DNA of 64,000 nucleotides, taken from positions 62,001 to 126,000 of the forward strand of contig CDRNVI010000021.1 of assembly GCA_977017575.1 (NCBI GenBank). Reading direction: 5' to 3'. Made by a program: the position numbers and the translations under genes. Below the pieces are notes generated by a model. It searched no databases. It saw only the letters and a program-made list of their open reading frames with translations, and was not told the DNA's origin. Below are positions 1-10,459 of the stretch, piece by piece (position 1 is the first letter of the stretch; every line of letters begins with the position of its first letter). This DNA comes from Paramoeba atlantica (taxonomy: Eukaryota > Protista > Discosea).

Positions 1-2
1 TA

Positions 3-1970
3 GAGGAAGTTTGCACGACTCAAATAAGCACGTGCAAGGATGTCCCACACCGATGTCGATATCTGTGGACCAGAATTTTTACCGCAGCCCTCTCCACCGC
101 GGTAAACGAAAACTCACTGAGAGCCTGGACCCTTCTTGCCTTGCTTCCGAAATGCGTCCTACCAGCCCCGTACCGAGGAGGCCGCAAAGCTCACAAGTCC
201 TATACCTCCTACATCTCAAAGCGAATGGAACTTTGGATACAAGGCCAATATACCACCCTATGGGCCCAAGCAAATTCGGAGCATGACAGGAAGCGCTCAA
301 AAGTGCCGAATAATGAGATTGAGGGTGAAGAAGACAAGGCTGCAATACGGGCTGAAATTCTGGTTCGCCAAGGAGAATTTTCCCGAGGCATGGCTGCCCT
401 TACTGCAGCTCCACTTGCACCATACAGCGAGGAAACCCTGCTAAAGCTGCAGGAAAAACACCCTAGCCCCCATGGTAATCCCATCTCGTGCCCCCTGCCT
501 CCCCTGGAAGAAGAAGCTTTAAAACTGGACGAATCCGAGGTGAGAAAAGCAGTAGATACCTTCCGTCGCGGATCCTCTGCTGGGACTATGGGGCTCCGGC
601 CTGAACACCTCCAAACAGCGCTTCAAGAGCACGTCGACCAGAATATGAATCCTCTTACGACGCTCACTTCCTTCGTAAACCATCTCCTAGCTGGCAAAGC
701 CCCAGACGAAGTGCAACCTTTTTTTGCAGGGGCACGGCTATGCGCACTCGAAAAAGGGGAAGATGACGTGCGGCCTATCGCTGCGGGGGAAACCCTTAGA
801 CGCCTGGTGAGCAAGGCAGTGTGCCTTTCGATAAAAGAAAAAGCAGGATCCTTCTTTGGACGTCGTCAATACGGGGTCGCAGCGTCTGCTGGGGCGGAAA
901 GAGTGATACACCTTTGTCGCCGTCTAATGAGAAATAATGAAGAAAATGAGAACATAACGTTCTGTAAGGTGGATCTTCGGAACGCCTTTAATAACGTGAG
1001 CCGACCCGTCTTCATCTTCCTCACACGAAAGCATTTCCCTGAACTATCCCCATGGGTAGAATGGTGTTATGCCAATCACAGCTGTCTCACATTCGGCAAT
1101 GATTTTATCCCCTCGGCAGAAGGAGTGCAACAAGGAGACCCTCTGGGCCCACTCCTCTTCTCCTTGGTGTTAGCAGAGGTAACAGAAGAAATTGCATCAA
1201 ATTCTAACCTACGAACACAATTATGGTATTTAGATGACGGTGTGCTTGTAGGTGAGCCCAAAGAAGTCCGTAAAGCCCTAGACGTCCTCGACGAGATAGG
1301 ACCGAAGTGGGGACTCTTCCTGAATCTCTCCAAGTGCGAGATCATTACCCCCCCAGCATCAGCTCACACCTCCGTTTTCTTTCCTGACATCCCCAGTGAT
1401 AAAATACGGTACGACGGGAACTTCGACATTCTTGGAAGCCCAATAGGCTCTGCGGAACACTGTGCGGAGTTTCTCATGACACACGCGATTGAACCAGCCC
1501 GCGAAACATTAGAAGCTACTGCTGTGTTAGAAGATCCCCAAATAGCTCTCGCACTAATACGGCAATGTTCGGGGTTTTGTCAGATGGTGTACGCACTGCG
1601 CACCACTCCTCCCCAAGCCCTTGGAGAATTATGCCAAAAACTTGACTCTCATCTAGTCCAGGCCGTGGAGCACGCAATTTCTCCCTTAGGCGTCGCCGCT
1701 CGCGACCAAATACAACGACCAAAACGCCACGGCGGGTTCGGACTTCGCTCATCAATTCTCCACCAGTCAGCAGCCTACGTTTCTTCCGTCGCGCACGCCG
1801 CTAGCTTGGACAACTGGGACCCCACAGAAGCTGAGGGATTTTCCAGCTCAGCACATGACATAAATGACAAAGTTGGGACTGATCTGGTTGATCCATACAC
1901 TGGACGCATTACCAAACCTAGTGTGCCTGGTGAATATCATGCAAATCGGAGCATCCTTTCCCGCCCAGCG
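3..1970 (+). CDS. CRE RT-endonuclease ORF, part 1 (RT domain); frame open from base 3
   Basis: ORF track 141..1973 extends upstream in frame (TCKDVPHRCR..AWTLLALLPK, matching the 50416-53793 copy); the stop at 1971 is supplied by the inserted element. Confidence 0.9.
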
Positions 1971-2404
1971 TAATAGTTCACGTTTTGAAATTTAGCCGAG
2001 GGGCGGCTATATATTTGCCTGCTGGCCCTTCGGGGCACATAATTTTCTCAAATTATGATGTAGTATTCTCTAATTGCATGGAGGGGGGTGTTTACTCGTT
2101 TGTTATATTCTTGTTAGGTTGTTATTTTGTTACGTTTAAAGTTTTGTGGGCAGGCTGGCCGAGTTTGTGGGCAGTTTTGAGGGCAGGCTGGCCGAGGGTT
2201 CCGGTGGGGGGGGAACCCCGTTAACAGAGTGACATTGATTGTGTTGTTTTATGCAGGCTTGTTTTTTTCCATCTTTGTGCGTGTGAAATGAATGAATGAT
2301 ATGTTGTGTCATTTTGAATTACGATTGAGCTATTCATAGTTGTTCATTTATTCATATATGTTATCAGTGTATATGTTTCCAGGGAGCCCCTCGGCGTGGA
2401 TTTC
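1971..2404 (+). mobile_element. 434-bp non-coding A-B mini-element of a YR retrotransposon (family A)
   Basis: Starts TAATAGTTCACG-TTTT-GAAATTTAGCCGAGGGGC, ends GCCCCTCGGCGTGGATTTC; no TSD; same termini as 40264-46914. Confidence 0.85.
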
Positions 2405-3340
2405 AAAAGAAAACTCGCACAATCCCTCAATCACGCCCTTCTCCCGGTCTCGACGGATCAGGAAAAGATCATCCCGAGGCAAAAACATCTCAGCCAAGCT
2501 ATCTCGGATACGGAATTTCAAACGGCATATTCAAAGGCAGACGCAAGAACGCGGGCGCGATGGATCTCGCAGTCCGGAAAAGGGGCCGGAAACTGGGCTT
2601 TCGCAACTCCCTCCAAGACCAGAGGCTACGCTTTCACCCACACGGAGTTTCGTACCCTAACACGCTGGTGGCTAGGCATGGACGTCTTCCCCGAAGATCG
2701 GCCTTGCCCAGCTGACGGGTGCACCCTTCCCTTGCTCAAGAATGGAGAGCACGCTTTGCTCTGCAAGAACGGCCATGGTATCATCTCACGGCACAACGCT
2801 CTGGCCCAACAATTTACATCGTTCTGCAGCAGAGCCTTCCTGGCGCCACAGAGAGAGAAGAGTTTGGGAAATCGGGGTCCTGGGGGGGCTCTCACGAGAC
2901 CAGCAGACGTATTTCTGCCAACTGCCTCCATCGCCAAAGGATCTTTAGCGCAAGGCATGGTCCTAGATTTTGCGGTCACTCACGCACAGCAAACAAAGTA
3001 TTTGGACTCAGTCCACAATGCTAGCTGGGTGACCCCGGGGTCTTTTGCCGAGCACTTCGCGGAGACCAAGGCGCGACAGCGACAAGAAGCAGAAAAAGCA
3101 GGACACCTCTTCACAGCGATGGTGGTGGAATCCTTTGGTTCCTGGAGCGAGAGTGCGCTAGCGTTACTCCGGGACATCGGAACCCAACGGGCGAATGCAT
3201 CCAAAGGGCTCCTTTCACGAGACCAAGCGCGAAACGATCTCCTAACAGATCTGAACGTGACGCTAATGCGTTCTCAAGCCAGGATGATGGTTTCGCGCAT
3301 CCGCGTAGAGGACCCAGCGGATCCTTTGGTAGAGGCTTAA
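2405..3340 (+). CDS. CRE RT-endonuclease ORF, part 2 (CCHC + REL endonuclease)
   Basis: Removing 1971-2404 gives ..SRPA|KRKLAQSL.., collinear with ..SHPAKRKLSHSL.. in the 60565-62253 copy. Confidence 0.9.
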   Translation, partial: KRKLAQSLNHALLPVSTDQEKIIPRQKHLSQAISDTEFQTAYSKADARTRARWISQSGKGAGNWAFATPSKTRGYAFTHTEFRTLTRWWLGMDVFPEDRPCPADGCTLPLLKNGEHALLCKNGHGIISRHNALAQQFTSFCSRAFLAPQREKSLGNRGPGGALTRPADVFLPTASIAKGSLAQGMVLDFAVTHAQQTKYLDSVHNASWVTPGSFAEHFAETKARQRQEAEKAGHLFTAMVVESFGSWSESALALLRDIGTQRANASKGLLSRDQARNDLLTDLNVTLMRSQARMMVSRIRVEDPADPLVEA

Positions 3341-3391
3341 GCCTCTACTGACAGTCCAGTTTCAGCACGAAGACGCCATAATATCCAGGAC

Positions 3392-3630
3392 GGGTGCTGG
3401 CCGGGTCGACAGAGACTATGCTCACGCCTAGCCCGCGAGGGCTAGGTACCCCAAGTGAGGTAGTGCACGGGCAGTGAATCTCCTCCCCGTCGGCCAGCAT
3501 CCTGTTTCGCGACCGTGTCGCTGTCGACACAGGCCCGCGCCTGCGCCCTCCCACATAACAAGGGAAGGGTTCACAAGTCAGGCCGTGGAGAGGTCGAAAG
3601 ACCCGGTCCGGAACGCGCGAATGGATTGGG
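3392..3630 (+). other. Structured 3' UTR of CRE lineage 1
   Basis: Stem 3392-3403/3491-3502; hairpins CCTAGCCC-GCGA-GGGCTAGG and GGTC-GAAA-GACC; near-identical inverted copy at about 59603-59860. Confidence 0.7.
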
Positions 3631-3883
3631 TCTGGATTGCTTGTTTTTATTTTTACTGTGTCTTGTTTGTCGTATATACTTAGGGGAGATTGAATTGCTA
3701 GTTTTGGGCTGAGAAAAAAGAAAAAGAAAATATACTTCTGTGGAAATAAAAAGAATTGCTAATTTGATTGCTTGTTTTAAATTCATATAAAAAAAAAAAA
3801 AAAAAAAACCTGCATGTGTACATTTCTGTTGTTCCGGAATCTTAATTATTACTCGTTGAGCATTGTTCCTGGTCGAGGCTTTC

Positions 3884-4097
3884 ATCCTGGCTTGAGCATT
3901 TGATCCTGGTTGAGCATTTGATCCTGGTTGAGCATTTGATCCTGGTTGAGCATTTGATCCTGGTTGAGCATTTAATCCTGGTTGAGCATTTGATCCTGGT
4001 TGAGCATTTAATCCTGGTTGAGCATTTAATCCTGGTTGAGCATTTAATCCTGGTTGAGCATTTGATCCTGGTTGAGCATTTAATCCTGGTTGAGCAT
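3884..4097. repeat. 18-bp tandem array, ~12 copies (ATCCTGGTTGAGCATTTR)
   Basis: Direct inspection; a single G/A variable position. Confidence 0.95.
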
Positions 4098-4312
4098 ATT
4101 TTGATGAACCCGATGTACGTTCCGCCACGTCGGATTTATTGAAAAGTTTAAGTGTTTTACTATTTTGTATATTCTTTCTGCTTTGTGAAGTCCAGTGTGT
4201 CATACGAAGAAGTCGAGATGTATCGACACTATAAGTACCTACTCGAGAGCCCCTAACTGGTCCACTAAAAAGGACTCAGTGTATTTGTTGTTGTTGTTGT
4301 TGTTATTGCTGA

Positions 4313-4359
4313 ATAACGCGCGCTGTATTATTATATTATTATATTTCTGTACCTTGTTG
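4313..4359 (+). other. Degenerate spliced-leader-like motif upstream of a CRE ORF
   Basis: ATAACGC..TATTATTA..TTTCTGTACCTTGTTG; last 16 nt identical to the 56188 and 62880 motifs; ATG 23 nt downstream. Confidence 0.55.
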
Positions 4360-4382
4360 TTTTTATTTTTATTTTTACTCGT

Positions 4383-5050
4383 ATGAACACGCAAAACGCC
4401 GAACAAATTATGAAGAGGGGATCAACGCTCGATAAGCCAAAGAAAACCCCCCGTGTGAGAGTTATTATGAGTGCAAAGGAATTATCGCCGAACTGGGCCG
4501 ACCACGAGGTACATAGCAACTACCGACGGCCAAGGATAAAATTTTCTGATGCAAGGCCGACCTCACAAGAGTCCGAGAATGATTCCGATGAGGAGAGAGA
4601 TTCATCCAAACATCCTGAAGATTGCGAAGGCGCCTCCGATGATACCACAGGCGAAGAATCTGATGTGATGTCGGTGGATGAGGAAGTGACGTCGATGGAT
4701 GGGGAAGTGGGGCAACGCAAAAACGAAGAATTTCCGAAGGCTCCAGATCACATCAACACCATTATCCATGAATGGGGCAAAGGAACGACGTGCGAACTGA
4801 GATGGGGATTCAAAAAAGAGCAGAACTATGCCTCAAAAGGAGTAGTGGTGAAGAGGACTGTCCGAAAAGGTATTGTAAAGCTGAAGGTGGAATATGATGA
4901 TGATGATTTGGGCCTTTTGACTCCGAAAAGTTATGGCCCCTCAACTCCCCAAACGGGCAGTCCGAATACGTCTTGCGACGTATCCGGAGAGCCAGCCGTA
5001 GCAAGCTATGGCTGACCTCCGCTTGGAGAGGAGTTAAAGAAGGTGGAATA
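4383..5050 (+). pseudogene. N-terminal part of CRE lineage 2 copy a ORF (continues at 19247)
   Basis: ..KLKVEY joins in frame to KPSDGDNGPSGFIYLPP at 19247 after removing 5051-19246 and a small insertion flanked by GAAGGTGGAATA (4884-4895/5039-5050). Confidence 0.75.
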
Positions 5051-5240
5051 TAGAAGTCTACGAATAGAATTGTTCGAAGGATATCGAGTTTCCTGTAGGG
5101 TGGGGGGGGTGGCCCCACGGGGCACATGATATTCTCATATTATGATTTTTACTTAGTTAAATTGTCAGAGTTTAATCGTACATCAATTATTTATACTTTG
5201 GTAAAGGATAGAAGATTATATCCGTACGAAAATTTTTTTC

Positions 5241-5579
5241 CTATGCCTCAGTCGCCGCGAGAGACTCTATCACCACGCGAAACGCGTAGTCCATCGATCG
5301 TGCCAGAGAATCCGATGGGAAGCTCGGAAATGAGCATAATGAAATCAAGAGTGTGTGAAAAGCTTTTGCTGGCGAAGGATGTGGCACCGGTTCTGCACAT
5401 TAAAGCGGTATGGCAACGAAAAGACGCGTCGACTTCGGCAAAACGTACTTCGCATGGCAAGATTCGACGTGAAGGCATGGAAATGTGGGCCGTCTGGGAG
5501 GACGATCCCACGCGTGAGTACCCCTTTCCTCACAATGATCTGAATTACTTTCGTATTGACCTGGAAGAAGCCGAACCAC
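5241..5579 (+). CDS. gag-like ORF of element B, part 1
   Basis: MPQSPRE..YPFPHNDL.. homologous to gag 10460-11575; rejoins 8749 in frame (CCA C|AG TCC). Confidence 0.8.
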
Positions 5580-5774
5580 TAGAAGTCTACGCATGGAAAT
5601 TTAACCGAGGGGCTAATATCGGGTCAAATGCCCCGGAAGGGGGTTATAATTTTCATTGTTCTTTTCCCCGAAAGGGGGTTGTAATTGAATCATGTATAAA
5701 AGCTACAATATGTATTCTGAAAACTATATATAAAGGCCCTGCAAGCACAGGGGGGGCTAGAGCCCACGCGCCAA

Positions 5775-6326
5775 ATGCAGCCCGTCAACCCCATTCTTCT
5801 ACAAAAGCTACGCCGCCACTTGAATCCGAAGGAGAGCATGTGTTGCCTCCTATGCTGGAAGGCAGCGGCGCGTTGGACCGAGACCGCGGATTTAAGAAGA
5901 GAACAGTTCGTGAGTGTAACAAGCTGCGAAGTGATAATTTATTGGGGGAGGGGGACAAAGACCACACGCCTAAACCCTTTTCGACCACACCTTTACGCCA
6001 TTGTAACTGGGCCAGGAACGCCAGAACTCGCGCAGCATATCCAAAGCATGAACCCCGGGCAACGACTCTGTTACACGACAGTCCGCGAGATGGACCATCA
6101 AATACGATCAATACTCGGTCAGGGGTACGGGACGCACTCTATCAAAAGGGGGGCAATCACTCATCTGTTTCACGAAATCTCTCTCGGAAATTTGCGCATG
6201 CAGGAGGTTCAAAACCTAACAAAACACCAGAACATAGAATCACTGCTCAGATACAATGCAAACAGCGTTACAACGGCACGGGCCCTCGGGACACAACGAG
6301 TGTCTGCACTCCTTCCGGTACTTTAA
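5775..6326 (+). pseudogene. Tyrosine recombinase, C-terminal catalytic half (element C)
   Basis: ARW / TK / HSIKR / KH / LRY catalytic residues. Confidence 0.85.
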
Positions 6327-6329
6327 CAA

Positions 6330-7949
6330 CCTCTCATGTTACAAAGTGTTTTCACGAAGTCCCCTATCTCCGTAGGCACTCCGTTATATGTGCCCGCCGT
6401 AGCTCGCGGCTCGCTATACCGAAGGATATGAGTCTACCCCTCCATGTGAAAAAGTCAATCCCGGTGATTAAATTGGACAAAGTGAAGGAATGGTTAAATC
6501 CTGCGGCAGCCACACGTTTTCGCAAGGTACTAAATGAACTTTTATGGGTTCCTACAGGCCCGTACCCCGAGCCTTCGGTACGTGGTTCTTTGCCCGAGGA
6601 AGACATACGTCTACTAGAGGACGCCGGCGTTATAAGCAAGGTTTCGGGGAAGGACCTACTCAAAAGACCATCCATGCAATATATGATCCCCTTTACAGTG
6701 GTTGAAACCGACGATGAAGGTAATCAACGCCGCAGGTTTATATCCTGGACACGAGATGACAACAACAGGCTTTTAAATTATGAACCGGAAGTTGCGCTGT
6801 ATCACCCATCCAAATATCTACACAAAGCACATGATGCTATGGCAGTGAAGCGCGACTTCACTTGTGGTTTTTACCAAATTAGTATTCCATTGAAGGCACG
6901 GCCCAAGTTTAGATTTCGATCGAAGTTTTCGAGATGAACGTTCTTCCCATGGGTCATCGCTGCGCACCAGAAATCATGCACACTGTTACCGCCGCAATTG
7001 CCGGCGAGAGGTCGGTGTGTCAGGAGCGTTTCTAGTTTCACAGAGGTGCCACTGACGTTTACGTCGACGGAGTTCGTTTTTCGGGGACAGCGAACGATGC
7101 CGTCGAATACGCTCGCTTTATTGACGAGCGGTGTTCCAAAGCAAACGGCCTCTTTAAAGACGCCGGACAGCCCCCTGCTTTGAAGTATGTTTTCAATGGG
7201 GTGGCTTTCGACCACGACACTCATACGGTCGCCTGGGACCGAGACTGGTCAGTAAACTGCAAAAAGACAAATTTCATAAATTGTCTTTTGGTGATCTTGA
7301 GGCGGCGGTGGGGCGTCTTCTGTATGGATCTGCAGTCTTGCGGCTCAATATGCCACGCTTTTATTTCGCGATGAAAGTCGCGCAGCGTAGGATCAACTTA
7401 TTAAATCGCTGTCCGTATTTGATCGACAAGCCAGTTGATCTTCCGGTAGTTACTCGTTCTACACTTACCGAATGGCGAAATGAATTGATATGCAATCTTC
7501 CCCGACCCCCGCCTCCTCATCCTGACACCGTTCCTCACCACCACAAGTTATACACGGATGCTTCTGCGAAGGGATGGGGGGCCATCATTTACCTTGATTC
7601 TGGGGAGGTATTAATTACTGGTGAGGCATGGCCGAAAAATTTTAAGTATGAAGTGAATCGGGCCGAAGCGATGGCGGTCCGCTTAGCTATTAAAAAGTTT
7701 GCTATGCACTCCCCCAAAGGAACGTGCTTGGATATCTTCGTGGATAACACCTCCTGTAAGGCAGCGTTGAACAGGAGATTATCGAAGTCAGAAGGAGTGT
7801 CAAAGGAATTGAAAGAAATAATACGAGACACTGAGAAACGTGGGATTTGTGTCGAGGCGAGATATGTGTCTACGTTGAACAATCCGGCCGATCATATAAG
7901 TCGGGGTAAAGAAGTTGACATTAAACAGATTGAAAAGTATGTGATGTAA
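6330..7949 (+). pseudogene. RT-RNase H of element C (frameshifts near 6925 and 7240, TAG near 7032)
   Basis: RRRFISW, KRDFTCGFYQ, PMGHRCAPE, YVDG, LYTDAS..WG, NRAEA, FVDN, NPAD. Confidence 0.85.
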
Positions 7950-8748
7950 AGGGCACGATAATAGACCGGTCATCTATTATTGTGTTATCCTTCCCTAGTT
8001 ATTTTCGAAAAAAAAAAAATTACTGTGTGTTCGGGAAAATATTGTGACGTGTGTGTGGGCAGGTAGCCGCCGGGTTTGGCGGGTGCAACCCGCTAACATA
8101 GTGATATATTATAAATTTATATTGTTTGTTTTGAAAGGATCTATTTTGTCAAGATGATGTAGAAGCTACATACGTTTCAATTTGCTTTTCATGTATATGA
8201 TATGAATAGGTGAACTCATGTGAAAATAAATTATTATTTCATCTTTATAGTTATTTTCTTTTATGTCCTGTGCGGCCCCTCGGTGTGGATTTCTAGAAGT
8301 CTACGCATGGAAATTTAACCGAGGGGCTAATATCGGGTCAAATGCCCCGGAAGGGGGTTATAATTTTCATTGTTCTTTTCCCCGAAAGGGGGTTGTAATT
8401 GAATCATGTATAAAAGCTACAATATGTATTCTGAAAATTTACATATTTACTGATTACTTACTTGTAGAATCTTTTTCCTTTACGCGTTTTTTGTCCCACC
8501 CACCAAACCCCCATCCTATAGCCGCCGGGTTTGGCGGGTGCAACCCGCTAACATAGTGATATATTATAAATTTATATTGTTTGTTTTGAAAGGATCTATT
8601 TTGTCAAGATGATGTAGAAGCTACATACGTTTCAATTTGCTTTTCATGTATATGATATGAATAGGTGAACTCATGTGAAAATAAATTATTATTTCATCTT
8701 TATAGTTATTTTCTTTTATGTCCTGTGCGGCCCCTCGGTGTGGATTTC

Positions 8749-9458
8749 AGTCCTCGAATAATCTTCCGGAGACGCAGCCATTGGACGGCGGACGGCCCCT
8801 GCCTCCAAATCTGCAATCATTCGCATCAATGAATTCGTTAAAGTTAGACCCTTATGAACCTATTACTTGGCCAGCGTGGATCGATGCCCGTAATGATGAG
8901 GGATTTCGCATTCGTGATTTGATTCGGGAACTGAAGGAGGCACCGGAATATCGTTTGCGACTCAATCAATTCTTTCAGGATCGTTCATTTCAGAAACAGC
9001 AAGAGCGAAACTTCGACAATTTGCTAGGGAAATGGATTATGTTGGCGCGGGATACCCCAGGATGGTCTGAAGGTCCTTTCTTGGAGTTGGGTAAAGCAAT
9101 CGTTCAGAGTCTTCGAGACTCATATTGGCGAGCGTGCAAGGTAGATGTAGAGGCAGTCCACCAGAAGTTGGATAAAGAGGACAGATCACACGACAAATTT
9201 TATCAACACGTGTCGGATCAGTTATCCGATCGAGAGAAATTTCGTGCGCGCTACTCCGGATCAAATTATGTGAATCGAAGTTATCGTTCTTTTGGTCAGC
9301 CGAGACAAATGTATCCGAGTTATGCTTCTTCCAATGTGGGGCGCCCAGTGTGTTACAATTGCCGATCTCCTGATCATTTCTTGAAGGATTGTCCGTACAA
9401 AAGATCATCACCACCGGATTTTCGCCAGAGGGCGGCTGGCAGCGCCAAGACGTTATGA
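8749..9458 (+). CDS. gag-like ORF of element B, part 2, with CCHC knuckle
   Basis: LDPYEPITW..; CYNCRSPDHFLKDC (CX2CX4HX4C). Confidence 0.85.
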
Positions 9459-9529
9459 AACGCCCGTCCTTTAATCGCCAGTGTTCCGAATATAGAATAC
9501 CGGAGAATCGACGTAGGAACGAAAATTTC

Positions 9530-10262
9530 GCATCAAATGGTACCACAGACAGAGTTTTGAAACATCGCTACTTCTTCGACACTGCCTCCAAATCTATTGA
9601 TGAGCAAATTCAAACCACAAAAGCTCCGGTAGACGCGCGCAAGTCGAAGACTTCCACTCAGGAACGGCACGTCGCACTCCCTTTACTCAAGCAGCAAAAG
9701 GCCCGAAAACAAGCGTTGAAGTCCATAAAATTTGAGCAAAAGAAACTGTCAGAAGAGATTCGCAAAGATCCGCGACTCGACTCCATATTAAAACGGACAA
9801 CATCATCCTTTAGTCATCTACAGTCTTCTTCTGGTTACATTAATCCGTACCTCTTTCGATACGTAATTATGACTAGACTTGGGATCAAGCCTCCAACCTT
9901 AAATAACAAGATCGATTGCCCTGGATGTGCCGCCGAGGTTAGCTCTGCTCACATATTCCAACACATTGTCGGCTGTACTAAATGTAACGGAATGAACGCA
10001 ACCAAGAAACACTCATATCTCGTCAGGTTCCTTGCGTCCCTCTGCTCGAAAGCTGGTGTCCCCTGTGTAGTAGAACCGCGCTCACATTCTTCCTTCTACT
10101 GTACCAAATGTAAAGCTCACGTTTCCGAGGGAGAGATAGAAAAACATCCCTGCCGTGCCCGCAGAATCAGATCAGGCCCCGATCTAGGAATCATGTGGCC
10201 TCACATAGGTGAAGTGCTGTATGACATTACAGTCGTCCACACCGGAAGCCCAAGTTACCTAA
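9530..10262 (+). pseudogene. 5'-truncated CRE lineage 2 fragment (continues 15251-15546)
   Basis: CPGC..H..C, KKH, RSGPDL..YDITV; SYL|KMTEAQ restored when element D is removed. Confidence 0.85.
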
Positions 10263-10459
10263 TTAGAGTTTACGGAAAGAATTGCTTGAATAAAATATTT
10301 ATTCTTTGACCGTGGCCCTACGGGGCACATATACATATATGTACCTGATTTTGCCCCCTCCGGGGGGAATCATGTAATTATAATTTTAGCATACTATACT
10401 ATACATTATTTTACTCTAGTGACTTATAATCTTTTTCCACTCGCAAAAGGAAAGTTGCG

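Larger units (their letters stand above)
3..3808 (+). mobile_element. CRE-clade non-LTR retrotransposon, lineage 1 copy a (5' cut by window edge; interrupted by 1971-2404; ends in poly(A) 3788-3808)
   Basis: RT motifs (RPIAAGE, KVDLRNAFN, GVQQGDPLGP, WYLDDG), CCHC-like CPADGC..H..C, RHN, RPAD..VLDF..K endonuclease motifs; structured 3' UTR and poly(A). Confidence 0.9.
5580..8748 (+). mobile_element. VIPER-like YR retrotransposon, family C (gag deleted), inserted in the gag of B
   Basis: A1 5580-5723, B1 8064-8293, A2 8294-8437, B2 8519-8748; no TSD. Confidence 0.9.

Noticed and set aside
1971-2404. Intron (spliceosomal or non-conventional) in the CRE ORF
   Set aside because: No GT-AG; termini match YR-element repeats; precise removal reflects TSD-free insertion
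3540-3630. SRP, RNase P/MRP or hammerhead identity for the structured UTR
   Set aside because: Diagnostic cores not found by eye; needs a covariance-model search
3571-4203. NAQPG-repeat proteins on either strand
   Set aside because: Open only because of the 18-bp array; flanks are low-complexity
5126-6330. 603-aa ORF 5126..6937 as one gene
   Set aside because: Chance in-frame fusion of repeat A, gag of B, repeat A of C and the RT frame of C
8294-8748. Tandem 'empty' copies of cargo-carrying DNA transposons or integron cassettes
   Set aside because: Fully explained as the A2-B2 part of split direct repeats
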